In this document: piece by piece, positions 39,603-49,874 of the stretch
How positions within the stretch are numbered: the first letter of the stretch is position 1
How the letters are laid out: every line of letters starts with the position of its first letter
Assembly: GCA_047610985.1 (NCBI GenBank)
Contig: JBLFWU010000003.1
Location: forward strand, 1-64,000
Reading direction: 5' to 3'
Origin: Nitrospinales bacterium
GTDB lineage: Bacteria > Nitrospinota > Nitrospinia > Nitrospinales > VA-1
Length of the DNA: 64,000 nucleotides
Translations under genes and position numbers: made by a program
Notes under the pieces: generated by a model
The model's database searches: none
Told to the model about the DNA's origin: nothing
The model's input: the letters and a program-made list of their open reading frames with translations, nothing else

Positions 39603-40400
39603 GTGTTCCAATTGTCTAAATCATCAAATATTGACCTGACAGTTCTACAAAATAGCCCCTCCCCTGAAAGCAGGGAGTGGCACTTTCTTCCCGAAACTGA
39701 TTCCACAAACGCCGAAATAATCCGCTACATTTCAAGTCATCCATCAGGAGAAGGGCTGGTCGTCATAGCAGATTGCCAAACGGGGGGTAAAGGCCGGTCG
39801 GGGAGAGTCTGGCATTCAGCACCTGGGACAGGTATTTATCTCTCGATGTTGATCCAGCCTAATCTCTCTCCTGAGCAATTACCTATTGTCACTTTAATGG
39901 CTGGCCTTGCAACCGTCATAGCTGTGAATGAGTTTATCCCTCAACCCGCGCAACTAAAATGGCCCAATGATCTTTTGCTCAATAATAAAAAAATTGCCGG
40001 TGTTCTATGTGAATACCATGCCACAAAAGTTCCATCGGTAATCATCGGCATCGGCATCAACGTGAATCATACCCAATTCCCTGATGACATCAAAGATATC
40101 GCAACCTCACTCAAACTTGAATCCGGCCTTGAAACAAACCGCACCACATTGATCAAGCAGTTGGTAACTCAATTGGATTTTCAGTACAGCGAATTAAAAA
40201 ATAATAAAGTCCAGGCTCTCATCGACAATTGGACTCGTCACTCTACTCTGTTCGGAAAATCCATCAGCATCAGTAAGGGGGATCAAAGCATCACCGGCAA
40301 GGCCGTAAGATTAGACCACCTGGGAAGGCTCGTCGTACTCAATGAATCGGGAAAGGAAATCGTTCTGGACTCTGGAGAAGTCCGTATTCAGAGAAAATAA
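39603..40400 (+). CDS. birA: Biotin--[acetyl-CoA-carboxylase] ligase (group I, no HTH domain)
   Basis: Biotin-binding GGKGRSGRVWHSAPG motif. KWPNDLLL. 265 aa. Confidence 0.85.
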   Translation: MFQLSKSSNIDLTVLQNSPSPESREWHFLPETDSTNAEIIRYISSHPSGEGLVVIADCQTGGKGRSGRVWHSAPGTGIYLSMLIQPNLSPEQLPIVTLMAGLATVIAVNEFIPQPAQLKWPNDLLLNNKKIAGVLCEYHATKVPSVIIGIGINVNHTQFPDDIKDIATSLKLESGLETNRTTLIKQLVTQLDFQYSELKNNKVQALIDNWTRHSTLFGKSISISKGDQSITGKAVRLDHLGRLVVLNESGKEIVLDSGEVRIQRK

Positions 40401-41522
40401 TTATTCTAGCAAGTGGAGCAGATTGCCCGCTGCATAGGCGCGAATGGCCTCTTTCGGATCTTTCAACATCATCACCAGTAAAGGAAATGCTTCGGGTCCA
40501 CCCATCATCCCTACCCCTCTTACAGCGGCAGTACGCACGCGGGAATGAGAATCCAGCAAAGCAGTAGTCAATATTTGTAACCTTTGTGGAATGGGAGTCT
40601 TCCCCAGCACTCGAGCCATCGAACTTCGCACCTTAAAATCTTCATGGTTCAACAACTCATCAAATACCACCTGACACGAATCCGACCCAATTCGATTAAG
40701 AGCCACCGCCGCCGATAGTTTTGTCAATCCATCTTCATCTGCGCATAAGGGAATTAAATCTGCTTCCGCTTCCTTGAGATTACTCATCGCCATTGCCGCT
40801 GCCTGACGAACAGAGGGATTAGTATGTTTTGCCAACGCTTTCAGCTTCGGCAACATATCTAAAGTTGCCTTACCCTCAAGAGCCTTGAGGCTGTAAAAAA
40901 TCATCTCTGTCTCAGAATGGTCGAACAATTTGACAAGATGCGGTAATACCTCCTTGCTGCCTATCTTGCCAAGATATCCAATGGCCTGGTAACGACGGTC
41001 AGGGATCGGATGCGTCAGTGGGTCCAGCACCTCTTTCATATATTTTTTTTCCCCAAGCTTGACCAGGCCTGCAGAGGCCGCCAGTTTCATAGGCACATCG
41101 TAAGACTTTATATAACCGCGAATTTCTTCTGCCACTTCCGGCCCACCCTCATCCCCCAGCATTTCTACTGCTGCGCTCCTAACCCATATATCAAGATCGT
41201 CTGTAAGTTTGCGAGCCGCCTTTAGGGCCACCGTCCGCGAAATATTCTTTAATCCCTGCAAAGCAAATAAACGCGCCGTCGGATAATAATCTTCAATCCC
41301 TTTAGTAAGAAGTGGGATTAACTTTGCATCATGAGATTCCCCTGCCGCCCGCAAGACTGCCGCGCGCACAAAAGAATTCTCATTCTTGTAGGTTTCTATT
41401 AATAACGTCTGGCAGTCTTCACGGAGTTTTTGTAAAACCCCTTCAGTCCCTGAGTCGGCCAAGGCATGACCCTGGAAAGCCAAAAAGACAATCACGCATA
41501 AATAAATCCATTTTTGCAGCAT
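40401..41522 (-). CDS. Secreted HEAT/PBS-lyase-repeat protein
   Basis: Signal peptide (MLQKWIYLCVIVFLAFQGHALA) followed by multiple HEAT-like repeats (…VRxAAxxALG…). Start trimmed to avoid overlap with the GT2 gene. Confidence 0.7.
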   Translation of the reverse strand: MLQKWIYLCVIVFLAFQGHALADSGTEGVLQKLREDCQTLLIETYKNENSFVRAAVLRAAGESHDAKLIPLLTKGIEDYYPTARLFALQGLKNISRTVALKAARKLTDDLDIWVRSAAVEMLGDEGGPEVAEEIRGYIKSYDVPMKLAASAGLVKLGEKKYMKEVLDPLTHPIPDRRYQAIGYLGKIGSKEVLPHLVKLFDHSETEMIFYSLKALEGKATLDMLPKLKALAKHTNPSVRQAAAMAMSNLKEAEADLIPLCADEDGLTKLSAAVALNRIGSDSCQVVFDELLNHEDFKVRSSMARVLGKTPIPQRLQILTTALLDSHSRVRTAAVRGVGMMGGPEAFPLLVMMLKDPKEAIRAYAAGNLLHLLE

Positions 41523-41547
41523 ATTTTTATCTATAAAATAGCCATAC

Positions 41548-42387
41548 CTATGAATAAGTGGCGACAAGGTTCCTATAAACTTCGGCCTCTTCATTTTTAC
41601 CTCTTTTTGCAAAACCTTGAATCAGAACACCACTTTTTTCAATCAACATCTCGGTCACCCAACCTCTTTGTTCTGGGTTCAGGTTATCACCGCGCAGAAG
41701 TTTTTCCAGAGCATAAACTCGCCATCGGTCCATCCCCCAGAATTTTCGAGACAACTGATCTTCATGTCCACCGCGCTTGACAATAAATTTATCGCTTAAA
41801 AATTTAAAAGGGTAGCGTATCGCAATTCGTAGCCAAAGATCATAATCTTCACAAACTGGCATCGATTCATCAAAACCACCGACTTCGTCCAACAACGACT
41901 TACGCAGCATTACCGAAGAAGGACTGACAATACACAATGGCAAACACTGTTTAAAAATATCACCAGAATATTTTTGGTGCTTGTTCATTTGATTAACGCG
42001 AACCCCATTACGAATCCATTTTTCATCCGTATAAATGGCCTGACACTCCGGGTGTTCCTGCATCCATTTGATCTGCGCTTCCAACTTGCCCTTTTCCCAT
42101 AAATCATCCGAGTCGAGAAAACAAATCTGCGATCCGCTCGCTTCTTCAATCCCTCTGTTTCTAGCATAAGAAACTCCACGGTTCTCCGACAAATGAATGA
42201 CCCGAATATCAGAAAAACTTTGAAGCACCTTTTGCGTACCGTCCGTAGAACCATCATCGACCACGATCAATTCAAAATCACTCTGGGTGAGAACCGAATG
42301 AATGGTTTCATCCAGACAATAGGCTCTGTTGAAAGTTGGAATAATGACTGTAACTAGCGGTAGACTCATACTCGAAACATCACTCAA
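41548..42387 (-). CDS. Family 2 glycosyltransferase
   Basis: VTVIIPTFNR…VVDDGSTDGT…DSDD motifs of GT-A fold GT2. Confidence 0.85.
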   Translation of the reverse strand: MSDVSSMSLPLVTVIIPTFNRAYCLDETIHSVLTQSDFELIVVDDGSTDGTQKVLQSFSDIRVIHLSENRGVSYARNRGIEEASGSQICFLDSDDLWEKGKLEAQIKWMQEHPECQAIYTDEKWIRNGVRVNQMNKHQKYSGDIFKQCLPLCIVSPSSVMLRKSLLDEVGGFDESMPVCEDYDLWLRIAIRYPFKFLSDKFIVKRGGHEDQLSRKFWGMDRWRVYALEKLLRGDNLNPEQRGWVTEMLIEKSGVLIQGFAKRGKNEEAEVYRNLVATYS

Positions 42388-42702
42388 TTGATATTTTTAG
42401 CAAGATTAAGACTGACACACTCTCCCTTAATACTCAGACAAAAACTAAAATGCCATAAGGTCAACGAGGGGTAGAACTACCATCATATCGTAAAACCGGA
42501 AGACTGACATAACAAATGGCTCTTCAACGTAGGCAGAGTAGCCACCTCCGCCTGTGGGGCCATAAATGCCTTGACAAACCCCGGAATATCTCATAAAAAT
42601 AGGGGCTATTCCATGGAATAAGAGATTTAAAAACAGGTTGCTAGACATAACAAAAGGCGATTCTATCATCGTCCATTTGAATTCATTTAACAAGAGTCAG
42701 AT

Positions 42703-43713
42703 ATGGATTTCAGAGACGTCACACAGGATTTAAAAAGCGACCTCGCTAAGGTTGAAAAATCCATAAACGAGAATTATAAATCTGATGTCCCCCTGATCCC
42801 TGGGATCAGCGCCTATCTGATGAACTGCGGCGGGAAACGGATCCGCCCCATATTAACTCTTCTGGCGGCTAAGCTTTGTGGTCGTGAGGCAGATGCAATG
42901 GTCGTCAAACACGGCTGTGCTGTCGAATATATTCATGCTGCCACCTTATTACACGATGATGTGGTAGATGAAACCACAGTGAGGCGTGGCAAAGAAACGG
43001 TCAATGCCAAATGGGGTTCCGATGCCAGTATTCTGGTGGGCGACTTCTTGATCTCGCGCGCTATTCTCATTCTTGCAGAAGACTGCGAAAGAAAAATAAT
43101 TCAGGCCATCACCGAAGCCACAAAGTCACTGGTTGAAGGCGGTATTCTTGAATACGCTGAAGCTCGCAAAATCAAGGTCAATGAAAAACATATCCTCGAT
43201 GTCATATACCGAAAAACAGCATCCATCCTTTCAGTAAGCGCAAGGATAGGAGGGTTGCTCGCCAATGCCACAGAACAACAAGAAACCGCCATCGTTTCTT
43301 TTGGCGATGATTTTGGCATGGCATTTCAATTGATGGATGACGCGCTCGACTACGATGCCGATGAAAAGGTTTTAGGAAAACCTACAGGAACCGACTTCAA
43401 AGAAGGCCATGTAACACTTCCCCTTCATCATCTCTATCACAGCGCAGACCGGAAACTGAAAAAAGAAATCGAAGTGTTCATCAAAAATGAAAATATCAAC
43501 GCTGATGACGTCAAATATATAGTCGGGCATATGCACCAACATAAGTCCATAGACTACACGCTCAACCTCGCTCGTTATTACATCGACCGAGCCAAGTCGC
43601 ATCTACGCAAAGCCGACTTTCCAGAACCGAAATACATCGAATATTTTGATGCTGTTGCCGACTACATCCATAGCCGACACACCGCTCCCAGTTCCACCGC
43701 CATTGTGAAGTAA
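42703..43713 (+). CDS. ispB: Long-chain polyprenyl diphosphate synthase (octa/heptaprenyl-type)
   Basis: FARM LLHDDVVDET and SARM FQLMDDALD aspartate-rich motifs. 336 aa. Confidence 0.88.
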   Translation: MDFRDVTQDLKSDLAKVEKSINENYKSDVPLIPGISAYLMNCGGKRIRPILTLLAAKLCGREADAMVVKHGCAVEYIHAATLLHDDVVDETTVRRGKETVNAKWGSDASILVGDFLISRAILILAEDCERKIIQAITEATKSLVEGGILEYAEARKIKVNEKHILDVIYRKTASILSVSARIGGLLANATEQQETAIVSFGDDFGMAFQLMDDALDYDADEKVLGKPTGTDFKEGHVTLPLHHLYHSADRKLKKEIEVFIKNENINADDVKYIVGHMHQHKSIDYTLNLARYYIDRAKSHLRKADFPEPKYIEYFDAVADYIHSRHTAPSSTAIVK

Positions 43714-43892
43714 CAGGCTTCGCCTGTTACACTGCATTACCCATCAAGCAACCGAAATCATAAAGCGCAATACTTTTATTTTTCTGCTCTTGCTGGGGAG
43801 AGTAATTTTCCTGCAAATACAAAACAAGCTATACTGCCACTATTAACTAGTAGGTTCTTGTGTACCCTCTCGTAAAACTGGCAATTCAATCG

Positions 43893-44332
43893 ATGAAACA
43901 TTTCATCGAAACGGGCAAAGCCCTCCCCTGCCCCGATCCATTACCCGACGCCATAAAACAAAACACTGGCACCTTTGTCACTATAAAAAATTAAGACTCA
44001 CTTCGCGGTTGCGTCGGCACCATGACACCAAAACATAAAACCTGGCAGAAGAAGTTATAAGAAACACCATCCGCACGGCCAACGAAGACCCGCGATTTGA
44101 ATCCATTGAGAAAAGAGAACTGCCGTTACTAATGTTTTCCGTTGGTGTACTGACACCATCGGAAAAAACTAGAGATCTAGATGAACACAACGTCAAACAA
44201 TTCGGACTGATAGTCCGTGGGGAAGAAAAACAAGGCGTGATACTACCCGATCTCGACAATATCAAATCTGCCAAGCAGCAACTCAAAGTCTGCTTAAAAA
44301 AAGGTGGCTTCAAAGTAAAACGGTTTAAGTGA
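43893..44332 (+). pseudogene. AMMECR1-domain gene with an in-frame TAA and a -1 frameshift
   Basis: Segment 1: MKHFIETGKALPCPDPLPDAIKQNTGTFVTIKN, then TAA at 43992-43994. Same frame continues DSLRGCVGTMTPKH… (LRGCIG motif) to a TAA at 44058. Frame +2 from 44039 then gives NLAEEVIRNTIRTANEDPRFESIEKRELPLLMFSVGVL…GLIVRGEEKQGVILPDL…KVCLKKGGF, which matches the AMMECR1 C-terminal half. Confidence 0.6.
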
Positions 44333-44458
44333 ACACCAACACTTCTCGTTGCCAACGAACCATTGATTTTGCCGTGCTATTCTCATACAGTCTCACGAAA
44401 ACGTAGTAAAATTGATGCACTACGATTCCTAGTCACAGATAAAAAGCAAACTCGAATA

Positions 44459-45358
44459 ATGATCTCCTCAACACTTAAAAAATGGATTGGCCTCCCCATT
44501 ACCTGCGAGAATCCGAAGTCGATATTTGTCGGATTAATTGGCGGAGTCGGTGATTTAATTGCGGCAGCCCCCTCAGTAGCCGCTCTAAAAAGAAAATACC
44601 CGGAAGCCAAATTAACATTTGGTGTAGGAGATGGAATATTTTTCAATACCATAAAAAATGACCCCAACATTGATCATTTTGAAACTCCATTTTCCTATAA
44701 TGTCTGGAAGAAAAGAGGTCATAGGAAGGCCTATCGGGAAAAATATAAAGAGCATGATCTGGTCTTTCTTCTAGACAATGGAAATAGAGATTGGTGGAAG
44801 CCCCAAAAACACCTGTTGGACATATATGCGGAAAAATGTGGGGTTACTTTGGAGCAACGTAGACCTTTAATTTATCTGGATGACAAGGACATTCAAGAAG
44901 CTCAAAACAAACTGAATGAATTGGGTATTTCCAAAAACGACAAGCTGATGATTCTTTCACCAGAAACCCGATCAAAAAAAGAAATGAAGGAATGGCCCTA
45001 CGATAGGTTCATATCCCTCATTGAAAAAATTAATAAAAGTTATGATTTTAAAATCATAACTTTTGTTTCCAAAGAAAATCCTTACGATTATGACGGAACT
45101 ATTCCTTTAAAAGGCTACCCTTTAGGCCCTTCGTCAGCAATGATTCAAAAAACAAATTTCTACCTTGGGCTCGACAATGGGTTGACCCATATGGCTTCCT
45201 GCTTCGACGTGAAAATGATTTCCATTCATATCGGATTCCCAGTGGAATGCTGCGGGCCTCTTTCCCCCTTTGCGACAACAATAGCCCACAAACCTTTCGA
45301 CCCACCTGAATCCATCTCGGTCGACGAGGTATACAGAGTATTTCAAAAATCCATTTAA
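44459..45358 (+). CDS. Family 9 glycosyltransferase (heptosyltransferase-like)
   Basis: N-terminal IFVGLIGGVGDLIAAAPSVAALKRKYPEAKL, typical of GT9. Start trimmed to MISSTLKKW. Confidence 0.8.
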   Translation: MISSTLKKWIGLPITCENPKSIFVGLIGGVGDLIAAAPSVAALKRKYPEAKLTFGVGDGIFFNTIKNDPNIDHFETPFSYNVWKKRGHRKAYREKYKEHDLVFLLDNGNRDWWKPQKHLLDIYAEKCGVTLEQRRPLIYLDDKDIQEAQNKLNELGISKNDKLMILSPETRSKKEMKEWPYDRFISLIEKINKSYDFKIITFVSKENPYDYDGTIPLKGYPLGPSSAMIQKTNFYLGLDNGLTHMASCFDVKMISIHIGFPVECCGPLSPFATTIAHKPFDPPESISVDEVYRVFQKSI

Positions 45359-45502
45359 CATATTAATACCCAAACTTTCTTTGTCTCATCATATCTGCAC
45401 CTACCGCCTAAAATCCGGTACAATATTTTTACATATCGTCTTTTTCGTGTATTTTAGCGGAATTAAATTTGCCGATAACTTTAATATAGGGAGCGGGAAT
45501 AA

Positions 45503-46033
45503 TTGAAGCTTAATTTTATATTGATAGCAATAGTATTGTCGATCTTTGCAAACACGCCCCTATCCAATGCAGAGCAAACGGACACATCCAAATGCCAGAA
45601 CAATGAAAAGAGTTGCCGATGTGATGCAGACGAGTCGATAGTGGCGTGCAAAGCGCAGATACCAACCGCAGAGGCAAATGCCAAGATCAAATTATTATTC
45701 GGGCACCCTTCCAACCGTTATATCGCTCAGAATCCAGCCGATAAAAATTCCTGCGACACCCCTAAGAGATGCGCAGCATATTTGACAACCCTTAAAACAC
45801 TAGAATCAGAATATCAAGCGTGTCAGTACGCCAAAAAGATAATTACAAAAGCTCAGGAGAAAAAAGTGCGGGCACATATGTCGTCTATGGGAATGTACCC
45901 AGAAGCCACCTTGGACACACATATGCAAAACCGTCAAAGCGACGAATCAAGATGGTTAATATGCAACTATATCGTTGCATGCGAACAGGGGGTAACGTTT
46001 TTAGGGCAGGAAACTATTACACTTTGCAGATAA
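45503..46033 (+). CDS. Small secreted cysteine-rich protein
   Basis: Signal peptide and 12 Cys in 176 aa. No known motif. TTG start possible. Confidence 0.45.
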   Translation: MKLNFILIAIVLSIFANTPLSNAEQTDTSKCQNNEKSCRCDADESIVACKAQIPTAEANAKIKLLFGHPSNRYIAQNPADKNSCDTPKRCAAYLTTLKTLESEYQACQYAKKIITKAQEKKVRAHMSSMGMYPEATLDTHMQNRQSDESRWLICNYIVACEQGVTFLGQETITLCR

Positions 46034-46165
46034 ATTTCTTATATATGGTAATCATTGCACTGCAAAATTGAAGAATGAATAACACTAATTCTCATCTAAA
46101 GCTTTTTTAACACCCTTTCAGTTTCACAATAAAAAATTGAACAACTAAAAGCATAGACTCCATCA

Positions 46166-48229
46166 TTATTTTTCTTTGTTTTGAGTGATTTGCGAAATTT
46201 TTTCTATTATTTGGCCATTGATCAATGCGGCTAAGTTATAGCTGGGATGATCATCATCACTATATAGAATTTTACTTTCATCATGCGTTACGCAACGTCC
46301 TGCTATAGCACTATCGCAAACCAATTGATGCGGATAAACCCGGTACAAGTTTTGATGTTCAATGCTATCTAGTAATTCAAAAGAACTTTTTGCTCTTTGT
46401 CTATAACGTTCATAACTAGTAGTGATAGGGTTTGACATTAACCCCTGCATACTTCCATTTGACGGTATCTGCGCATATAATTTTGTTGGCACATCCCATC
46501 CAACCTCAGGGATTGGGTATACAAATATTACACTGTGACCGTTATCCAGGATTTCCATCACTGTTTTCGAAAAAGTTTCACTTAAGGTTAAACTTGATAG
46601 AGTGGGTTCAAATTTATAAAATAACTCTTTATCATCAATTAACTCAACACCTCCCTCTCCATTATCAAAAGTTCGACTATTTAAGTACAGTGGGAACCTA
46701 GCACCAATAACAATAATAGAGTTTTTCGTGCTCAGAATCTTTTTTAAACGAAGTCTTTGATATCCTTCTGTGCAAGGACTTTTATCATGTACTCCTGTAC
46801 TGACAGATTTTTTAATTAAGCCAATAGGCCAACATCCTCCAGACGTTATATCTGAGATGTTAAATTCGCCAGACAACCTCTCAAATAAGTTTCTACTTAA
46901 ACTCTCAAGATGGCTATCGCCAATTAAATGCACCCATCGCGAAGAACTGTTGCTATTGGTATATTCACAGAAAGCACTCTGCCTACCAAAGCACGCTTCG
47001 CCATCTTTTTTTAACCCCCACTTCATACCATCCAAGGATTCTATATCTCTGAAAACTTTGGAAACCCTTATGGGGTGCCCATCTGAATTAAGAGTAAAAA
47101 TGTTAAGAGGTACGGTGAAGACCAGGAATAAAGTAAGACAAATGATCAGCATGCGAGAACTGATGAGTTTCTTATTTCTAAATGGTTGCTCAATCACAAA
47201 ATATGAAATGATTGACAATACAAAAGTCAAAGCAATCCAATAAATTTTATCGTAGTTACTGGGAGTAGAACCCCCAATACGAGAAAAAGCAAAAATGGGG
47301 AAATGCCATAAATAGACTGAATAGGAAATTAAGCCAATACCAATAAATGGTTTTGAACTTAATATCTTACCCACAAAATCTTTCTTCGATGAGAAAGCTA
47401 TGATAAACGCAGAGCCGATGATAGGGACTAGGGTTATCAGGCTTGGGTGGGGTGTCTTTGCTTCAAAGAACAGAATTGAATATGCAATAAGATAAAAACC
47501 AACAATAGGAAATATAATGTTAGCTATTCTGTTTTGAACCCTCCCACGCTTCAACTCCAAATACGCCAAAATTGATCCTACTAAAAGCTCCCAAAAACGA
47601 GACATTGGCAAATAAAAATTCAAGCTTACATTTTGCATGCTCATAGCATTAGAGAACAGAAGACTGAGCAAAAACATCGCAGAAAACAAAATCAACACAT
47701 GCTTTCTAAGAAACTTATAGAAAAATACAAGTAGTATTGGGAATACGATATAAAACTGCTCTTCCACACCCAAGCTCCATGTATGGAGAAATGGCTTCAT
47801 CAGAGAGCTCTCAGCACCATATTCTGTAGTGACAAAGTAAAAGAAAAAGTTAGAACTAAAGAGCACTGCAGAAAGAATGCTCTTGCTGTATTCCAAAAAG
47901 TTTGCCGGCAGAAGATATTTCCAGGCAAAAGGGAAGGTAACCAACATAACGGTAAAGAGCATTGGCAATATGCGCCTTGCTCTTCGTTCATAAAATTTCA
48001 AAAAACTGAAAGAACCTGTTTTAAAAAGTTCTTCAAGTATGATTCTTGTTATCAGATAGCCACTGATGACGAAAAAAATATCAACACCGATGTAACCACC
48101 CTCAAACCAATCACGGCCAAATATGACGATTTTAGCGTGGTACAAAATAATAACCAGAACCGCTATCGCTCTAAGTCCATCTATTTCGGGTCTGCGATCT
48201 ATAGGATTAATTTTGGACCGATGCCTCAC
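46166..48229 (-). CDS. Acyltransferase-3 (OafA/YrhL-type) membrane protein fused to a C-terminal SGNH hydrolase domain
   Basis: N-terminus RPEIDGLRAIAVLVIILYHA…GVDIFFVISGYLIT is the AT3 signature. About 10 TM segments. C-terminal domain with GDSH (IGDSHLES). Confidence 0.85.
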   Translation of the reverse strand: MRHRSKINPIDRRPEIDGLRAIAVLVIILYHAKIVIFGRDWFEGGYIGVDIFFVISGYLITRIILEELFKTGSFSFLKFYERRARRILPMLFTVMLVTFPFAWKYLLPANFLEYSKSILSAVLFSSNFFFYFVTTEYGAESSLMKPFLHTWSLGVEEQFYIVFPILLVFFYKFLRKHVLILFSAMFLLSLLFSNAMSMQNVSLNFYLPMSRFWELLVGSILAYLELKRGRVQNRIANIIFPIVGFYLIAYSILFFEAKTPHPSLITLVPIIGSAFIIAFSSKKDFVGKILSSKPFIGIGLISYSVYLWHFPIFAFSRIGGSTPSNYDKIYWIALTFVLSIISYFVIEQPFRNKKLISSRMLIICLTLFLVFTVPLNIFTLNSDGHPIRVSKVFRDIESLDGMKWGLKKDGEACFGRQSAFCEYTNSNSSSRWVHLIGDSHLESLSRNLFERLSGEFNISDITSGGCWPIGLIKKSVSTGVHDKSPCTEGYQRLRLKKILSTKNSIIVIGARFPLYLNSRTFDNGEGGVELIDDKELFYKFEPTLSSLTLSETFSKTVMEILDNGHSVIFVYPIPEVGWDVPTKLYAQIPSNGSMQGLMSNPITTSYERYRQRAKSSFELLDSIEHQNLYRVYPHQLVCDSAIAGRCVTHDESKILYSDDDHPSYNLAALINGQIIEKISQITQNKEK

Positions 48230-48295
48230 TTTAAGCGGGGATAAATGAAGATATTTTTTAACTCAATAGAAACTATATTCTATATAAATAGCGAC

Positions 48296-49768
48296 TTATT
48301 TAACATTAGGTATTTTCATACCAGAAAAATCGTAAAGGATAAAATCCCTATTTTGAGATGAAGTGAAAAACGCATATTTCGAGTTGGCCTGAATTAAATA
48401 GAAATCACCAGGGACTTGAACATTTAAAGCTTTAAATTCAGCTGTACCGGACAACCACATTTTTTTAGGATTATGTTGCGATTGCCTTAGCAACTCTTTC
48501 TTGTTAATGGGGGGCTCCATATCTCGATCTGAATAAAAAAGCATTGCGTGTTTTGGACGCCAAAAATCAAGCTTAAAGTTTCCGATCATTTCATTTTCTG
48601 GGACATTTAGTTTTATTATAGAGGCCAATTGCCGAACCCCATTACTGCTTTCTTTTAAAGTTACTTTAACTTGAAATGGGGTCGAGTTTACGAATAGAGC
48701 GGTCAGGCAGGCGACTCCAGCTAATCCTCCGACAACCCTTTCTTTCCAAGCGGGATCCAGCCAATCATATAATGTTTTTGCAACGATGATAGACAGGGCC
48801 GGAAAAATCATAAAAAGATAACGGATGGTCTGATTATTACTCGTGCTCAAAACCACAAAGACTAATATAGGCCATAGAAAAAGGAATAAGGAGTTTTCAT
48901 CTTTTTCAATGAATCCACGCTTGCCAAATTTATACAATCCTATCAACGCAAATGGTAACCAAGGCCAGTAATACTCAAAAAAATCTTTAAAATACCCTAA
49001 AAAATTACATCGGAAACCGCTATTCCCGCAATCGCTACCAAAAAATAAGGCTCCAAAATGAACTTCAAGAAATAGTTGTTCAAATTCAAGCCAATTGATC
49101 CAATGCCAGGAAAAACCCAAACCTAACGCAAGTATAGTTCCCAAGGCTAAAAACGGATTTACCAAATCCTTCCACTGGCGGTTTAAGAGGAGATATAAAA
49201 ATACAATAGCTAAGGGAAAGATGCCCAGCACACTTTTTGATAAAATTGCTCCAGCGGTTGCGAGTCCGAAAACCAGATACCATGGCTTATGGTTTTTGGC
49301 TTTTAAAAACGCGAATAAAGCAAAAGTAACAAAAAATGTAAGAGGAATATCAACCATTGCCCTTCGGGAATAATCTATAAATATTCCAGGAAAAATTAAA
49401 ATCAAGGATGCTACAAAGGCAATCCAGGAATCTTTATATAAATGGCTCGCTAATCGATACGTCAAAAGAACTATCCCCGCCCCAAACAGAGCAGAGGGGA
49501 AAATAGCCGAAAAGCTTGAGATTCCAAAAATACTATATGCCAGAGCCATACACCAAAGTGGTAGAGGCGGGTTGGCAAAATCGGGTACCCCGGCAAATGT
49601 GATAACCCATAAATCTCTGGATTCATAAACCTCTTTGGCCTTCTGAGCGTAAAAGGCGTCATCATAATTTTTCATTCCCGTATCTAATTGCCGCCCAAGC
49701 AGAATTAAGAGCGTCAGAAAAATAAGGAAATAAATTTGAAAAGTCTTGTTGTTAAATATCGTCTTCAA
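48296..49768 (-). CDS. ArnT/PMT-like (GT39/GT83-family) membrane glycosyltransferase
   Basis: Multi-TM protein with an N-terminal loop (YDDAFYAQKAKE) in the position of the conserved DE/DD motif of undecaprenyl-phosphate-sugar-dependent glycosyltransferases. Confidence 0.8.
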   Translation of the reverse strand: MKTIFNNKTFQIYFLIFLTLLILLGRQLDTGMKNYDDAFYAQKAKEVYESRDLWVITFAGVPDFANPPLPLWCMALAYSIFGISSFSAIFPSALFGAGIVLLTYRLASHLYKDSWIAFVASLILIFPGIFIDYSRRAMVDIPLTFFVTFALFAFLKAKNHKPWYLVFGLATAGAILSKSVLGIFPLAIVFLYLLLNRQWKDLVNPFLALGTILALGLGFSWHWINWLEFEQLFLEVHFGALFFGSDCGNSGFRCNFLGYFKDFFEYYWPWLPFALIGLYKFGKRGFIEKDENSLFLFLWPILVFVVLSTSNNQTIRYLFMIFPALSIIVAKTLYDWLDPAWKERVVGGLAGVACLTALFVNSTPFQVKVTLKESSNGVRQLASIIKLNVPENEMIGNFKLDFWRPKHAMLFYSDRDMEPPINKKELLRQSQHNPKKMWLSGTAEFKALNVQVPGDFYLIQANSKYAFFTSSQNRDFILYDFSGMKIPNVK

Positions 49769-49874
49769 TATTTTGTTGGGTAAAGGTGATGGCTTATAAC
49801 ATTAGTAATAAAAAAAATTCTCTAAGAAGAAGCAGAAGGATGCGATCCATTCTCAGATCGGCCCTTCACAAGTA

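Noticed and set aside
42445-42693. 82-aa minus-strand ORF between the GT2 and ispB genes
   Set aside because: No RBS and no motif. It likely falls within the divergent promoter region. I kept only a weak possibility of a small protein.
43981-44355. 124-aa minus-strand ORF overlapping the AMMECR1 region
   Set aside because: The plus strand carries clear AMMECR1 homology, albeit disrupted. The minus-strand ORF has no motif and is explained as the antisense frame.
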